DNA of 64,000 nt. Source: Octopus sinensis. Taxonomy: Eukaryota. Below, piece by piece: positions 63,424 through 64,000 of this stretch (positions are counted from its first letter, which is position 1; every line of letters begins with the position of its first letter). Made by a program: the position numbers and the translations under genes. The notes below the pieces were generated by a model that was not told where the DNA came from, searched no databases, and worked only from the letters and a program-made list of their open reading frames with translations. The DNA lies in the NCBI RefSeq assembly GCF_006345805.1, contig NC_043016.1:4154001-4218000 (forward strand), given 5' to 3'.

Positions 63424-64000
63424 ATCATCATCATCATCATAGTTTAACGTCCATTTTCCATGCTGGCATGGGTTGGACAGTTCGACTGGGGTCTGGGAAA
63501 CCAGGATGCTGCACCAGGCTCCAATCTGATCTGGCAATGTTTCTATAGCTGAATGCCCTTCGAAAGTGTAGAGGGTGATTTTTATGTGCCACCGGCACAG
63601 GGGCCAAAGGGGGCTGGCATCGACCCGTTTGGATGGTGCTTTTACATGTCACTGGCACAGGAGCCAGAGGGGGCTGGTATCAGCCACACTCTGATGGTGC
63701 TTTTTATGTGCCACTGGCACAGGAGCCAGTCAGGGCAAGGGGGCTGGCATTGACCATGTTTGGATGGTGCTTTTTACGTGTCACTGGCATGGGAAGCCAG
63801 ACAGGCAGCGCTAGCATCAGCCACAACTACAATTCCATTTGATTGTGGTTTGATTTGATCTTGATCTTGATGTACTTGACTCAATAGGTCTTCTCAAGCA
63901 TGGCATGTTGCCCTATGATCCAAGGGTACTTTTTGAGTTGGCTGGTTATGTGACACTGGTGTAGGCTACAGCTGTGATCTCACTTTATTTGCCAGGTTTT
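63424..64000 (-). mobile_element. RTE family A 3' UTR running off the window
   Basis: (cat)n tail, ccatgctggcatgg motif, four diverged ~60-bp UTR units. Confidence 0.88.

Overview
AT-rich, CpG-depleted eukaryotic DNA dominated by microsatellites and transposable elements, with a 100-N scaffold gap at 10617-10716. The repeat families look like those I recognise from octopus genomes; this taxon call is inference, not a database result. Content: many copies of one RTE-clade LINE (youngest 44107-46918), two other RTE-like families, CR1-like LINEs, R4/Dong-like LINEs, two Helitrons (one carrying an open PIF1-helicase fragment), mariner, hAT-like and piggyBac-like MITEs, and at least three tRNA-derived SINE families. 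Only one host exon is well supported (37061-37171, +), with several weaker candidates, so most of the window is probably intronic or intergenic. No rRNA, tRNA gene or CRISPR array is supported. The most notable observations: a fold-back inversion with a templated insert at 5208-5474; a PHD finger inside the RTE ORF; three tandem C2H2 fingers on a second RTE; a homogenised 63-bp array in a LINE 3' UTR; and a 117-bp direct repeat bracketing a Dong-like insertion. I see no convincing wholly new biological system; the findings are unusual mobile-element architecture and rearrangement scars.
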